From the NCBI GenBank assembly GCA_001949185.1, contig BDGG01000009.1, positions 671,624-735,623 on the forward strand: a stretch of 64,000 nucleotides of DNA. Reading direction: 5' to 3'. Numbering within the stretch: the stretch's first letter is position 1; every line of letters starts with the position of its first letter. This document shows positions 61,625-64,000 of the stretch, piece after piece. The DNA comes from Ramazzottius varieornatus (taxonomy: Eukaryota; Animalia; Tardigrada). Position numbers and translations under genes: made by a program. The notes below the pieces were generated by a model. It searched no databases and had not been told where the DNA came from. It saw only the letters and a list, made by a program, of their open reading frames with translations.

Positions 61625-63009
61625 TGCGTGACAAAGACCCAAGAACGTGCCGCCACTGATGGAATCCAAGAGCGCTCTGGTTCGTCGTTGCGCTCTCGCA
61701 CGGAATAACTCAAACCGTTTGCCTCAGAAATTTTTTGCCGCCGTGTTCGTTTGATTATGAAGCAGGCGATATGTGTCGTCGATATCTCCTTTTTGTTTTC
61801 TGTTCACGCGTTTGGATAGGTGAAAGAGACGTTTGATAACTTTGAACACTCTGATTGTACCGCAATCCAGACAATCAACTTAATCAACTTAAGTCCAACT
61901 GTGTCCTGATAATTCGCCTCTCATTGACTCTATACAGCACGTCATGAGTTCAGTACGAGTTTTGATTCAGTGGTTCGATTAGCCATGTCACTGCATGGAC
62001 CTGTAGTCCGTTATGCATGCAATAAACTAATCATAATCAAGGTGATGCCCTTTTGTACCGTACTCCTCTGTACACATGTGCCAGGCTGTCAGCAAAAAGA
62101 ACTTCACGATTTTCCCATTTTCTCGTTTTTCTTCGAACGTTTGCAACGATAAAAGACATTTTGTTATTTATTGCTCCTTGGGCAGAGTCCGGACACTTAC
62201 GTTGATCGAGGAAGCTGGAAATCTGGAACGGGCCTGATATTTTCTGTCTGTGAGATCATATCTCGGATGGCGGAATCTTGTCGCAATGCGTCTCATCGTC
62301 TTTTCCGTGGCTACTAGCTAGTGAGAGTTTTGCCTGGATTATTCTTATTTGGTCTTGCCCAGAGGTGAGCACTGACTAGTCTTGCGCGGGTATGCTGGTC
62401 GACTAACTTTGGGATTGTTGGACGACGGAACGTAAAAGTGGTAGACGTGGCATTATATTTCCAGTCCCGTAATCCGTTGTCTTTGTGACCGCAGAAGGAA
62501 TCAGAGATGATCCAGACGCGGTCACTTCGCGTCATCACCTAACAGGGAAAAGTTTTGCTGTTGTCTACCATATCTGACACTCCGTAAGGTTGGGAAGACC
62601 AGCTGGAAAATCGGGACGACAACGTTAACCTTATGGCTGAGTCAGGCGCTATCGTCTATCTATATAGGACCATTCATGATGTCATTATGTCACATACAAG
62701 ATTTGCACTTGGGCTTTTCGGGCGTTATCTTCCTCCCTACGTCTATAGGCTTGATACTAGGTGCCTTGTAGGAAAGACAGGTGCTCGTTACTTTGATAAG
62801 GATTTGTACACATAGAGGATGTTGGGAGAATATGGAGTGAAAATGGAATATCCAGATTTCTTATGTAATGAGCCTAATGATGTGTTTGTGTCCTTGCAGA
62901 ACTGCCAGAAGTACATGTCACTTGTTTCTGCTGAATCGCGCTACCGCTACGGGATTATCTGTAGTACAAACAAGGGCCTGAATTCTTCCTTATCACAGAC
63001 GCGCGTCGA

Positions 63010-64000
63010 ATGTCGGGACGTTCATCTCCCCAGCGAACAGGCTCGATAGCCTCGGCCTCCGCCGTCCCAGTCGATGGGATACCGCCAGGAATGAAAGTCT
63101 ACGGACTGCAGAATCCATCGCGAGGGGTAAATTCACTTAAATACTGACTGAAATAAGTATTACACTAATGTGGGTTGGTGTTTTGCAGAATATTCCATAC
63201 GAGAAGCGAACCCGGATATTAAAAATCAAGATACTCGCAGCTTCGGGCTTGGCTCGCAAAGACATCTTCGGAACGAGCGATCCGTATGTGCAGATCGACC
63301 TGATGGAAAATGGCAACAACGCCAGCACGTATTGCATTGGCAAAGCCGTATCAAAGACCAAGAAGAACGTAAGTTTGGCAACAAAACAATTGGACTCGAC
63401 GAATGTGTTTTCTCAAGTAGCGAACGCTTATACTAATTCTGGCCGGCAGCATGCGCCACTCGAAGAAGAACGATCTAGTCGAGTTTGTTTGTTCTTCTCA
63501 GGTGGCGCACGGCTCCACTTTTACTGACTGTATGTGTGCGTCACTTGGAAAACTATTTTGTCGAGTTCGCTTGCCTGAGCCCAGATCTTTTTTTCCGACC
63601 AAGAAGACGGGAACATGATTGCGTTTCGATCTTCCTTAGACACTGAACCCGAACTGGAATGAAGAGTTCCTCTTCAGAGTCGACCCTTTTAAACACAAAG
63701 GTTCGTACGTGCTCTTCTGTACCAGTAAACATGGCTGACCTTCATTCACGTCTGTTTTCGTTGGTTTAGTGGTGGTCGAGGTGTACGATGAGAATCGTCT
63801 GACGAGGGACGACTTTCTGGGCTTCGTCGAGGTGGGTATCGCCAACCTGAAGACGGAAGGTACGGGTCAGACCATCGAGCCCAAGTACCTGACGCTGCGA
63901 CCGAGGTCCCAGCGCTCGCATGTAAAAGGTGGGATAACCGTCATGTTGTCCTACCTCAAAGCCGAGGGATGGAATGGTCCGACGCATGAACCGACTACTG
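63010..64000 (+). CDS. NEDD4: NEDD4-family E3 ligase, N-terminal C2 domain (3' partial)
   Basis: GLARKDIFGTSDPYV, TLNPNWNEEFLFRV, EVYDENRLTRDDFLG, YLTLRPRSQRSHVKG. Confidence 0.9.
63375..63582. mobile_element. Palindromic family copy, 2 cores, NEDD4 intron
   Basis: Core motif plus TIR. Confidence 0.8.

Noticed and set aside
1649-63527. Recurring peptides CATW / SGAR / VAH / KWRT / VRHL in many ORFs as a protein family
   Set aside because: They are translations of the intronic repeat core in its different frames.
1697-63582. Palindromic family as Introners (intron-generating elements)
   Set aside because: Element ends do not coincide with splice sites; unrelated intron sequence flanks both sides, and some copies are intergenic.
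1697-63582. Palindromic family as CRISPR array, REP or attC sites
   Set aside because: Eukaryotic spliced genes, dispersed degenerate copies, no regular repeat-spacer array, and no cas or integrase gene.
1-64000. tRNA, rRNA, transposase or reverse-transcriptase genes
   Set aside because: None recognised by eye; tRNAscan-SE, Infernal and HMM scans would be needed to exclude them.

Overview
Compact, intron-rich eukaryotic DNA, probably from an invertebrate (arthropod-like gene content; the species cannot be identified from sequence alone). The window holds about 22 genes, most with short introns of roughly 50-110 nt. All exon structures were spliced by hand using GT-AG rules, so some starts are approximate. 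Recognisable genes: neutral sphingomyelinase (SMPD2-like), ABHD11, CDT1, COMMD2, GPN2, UTP15, CHID1 and the 5' part of NEDD4. Lineage-specific or unusual genes: a VWC/DOMON/EGF/Kunitz mosaic protein, a 10-Kunitz protein, a degenerate DEAD-box half-helicase, four tandem truncated M12B (ADAM/ADAMTS-like) proteases, a BEN-like gene nested among them, a C-type lectin-mucin-Ly6 GPI protein, an RIIa/SPA17-like gene and two small secreted peptide genes. The dominant non-coding signal is one dispersed palindromic repeat family (core AAGTGGCGCAC-N24/25-GTGCGCCACTT inside long terminal inverted repeats). I counted about 37 copies by eye, about 32 inside introns and none in inferred coding exons; they account for most of the long introns.
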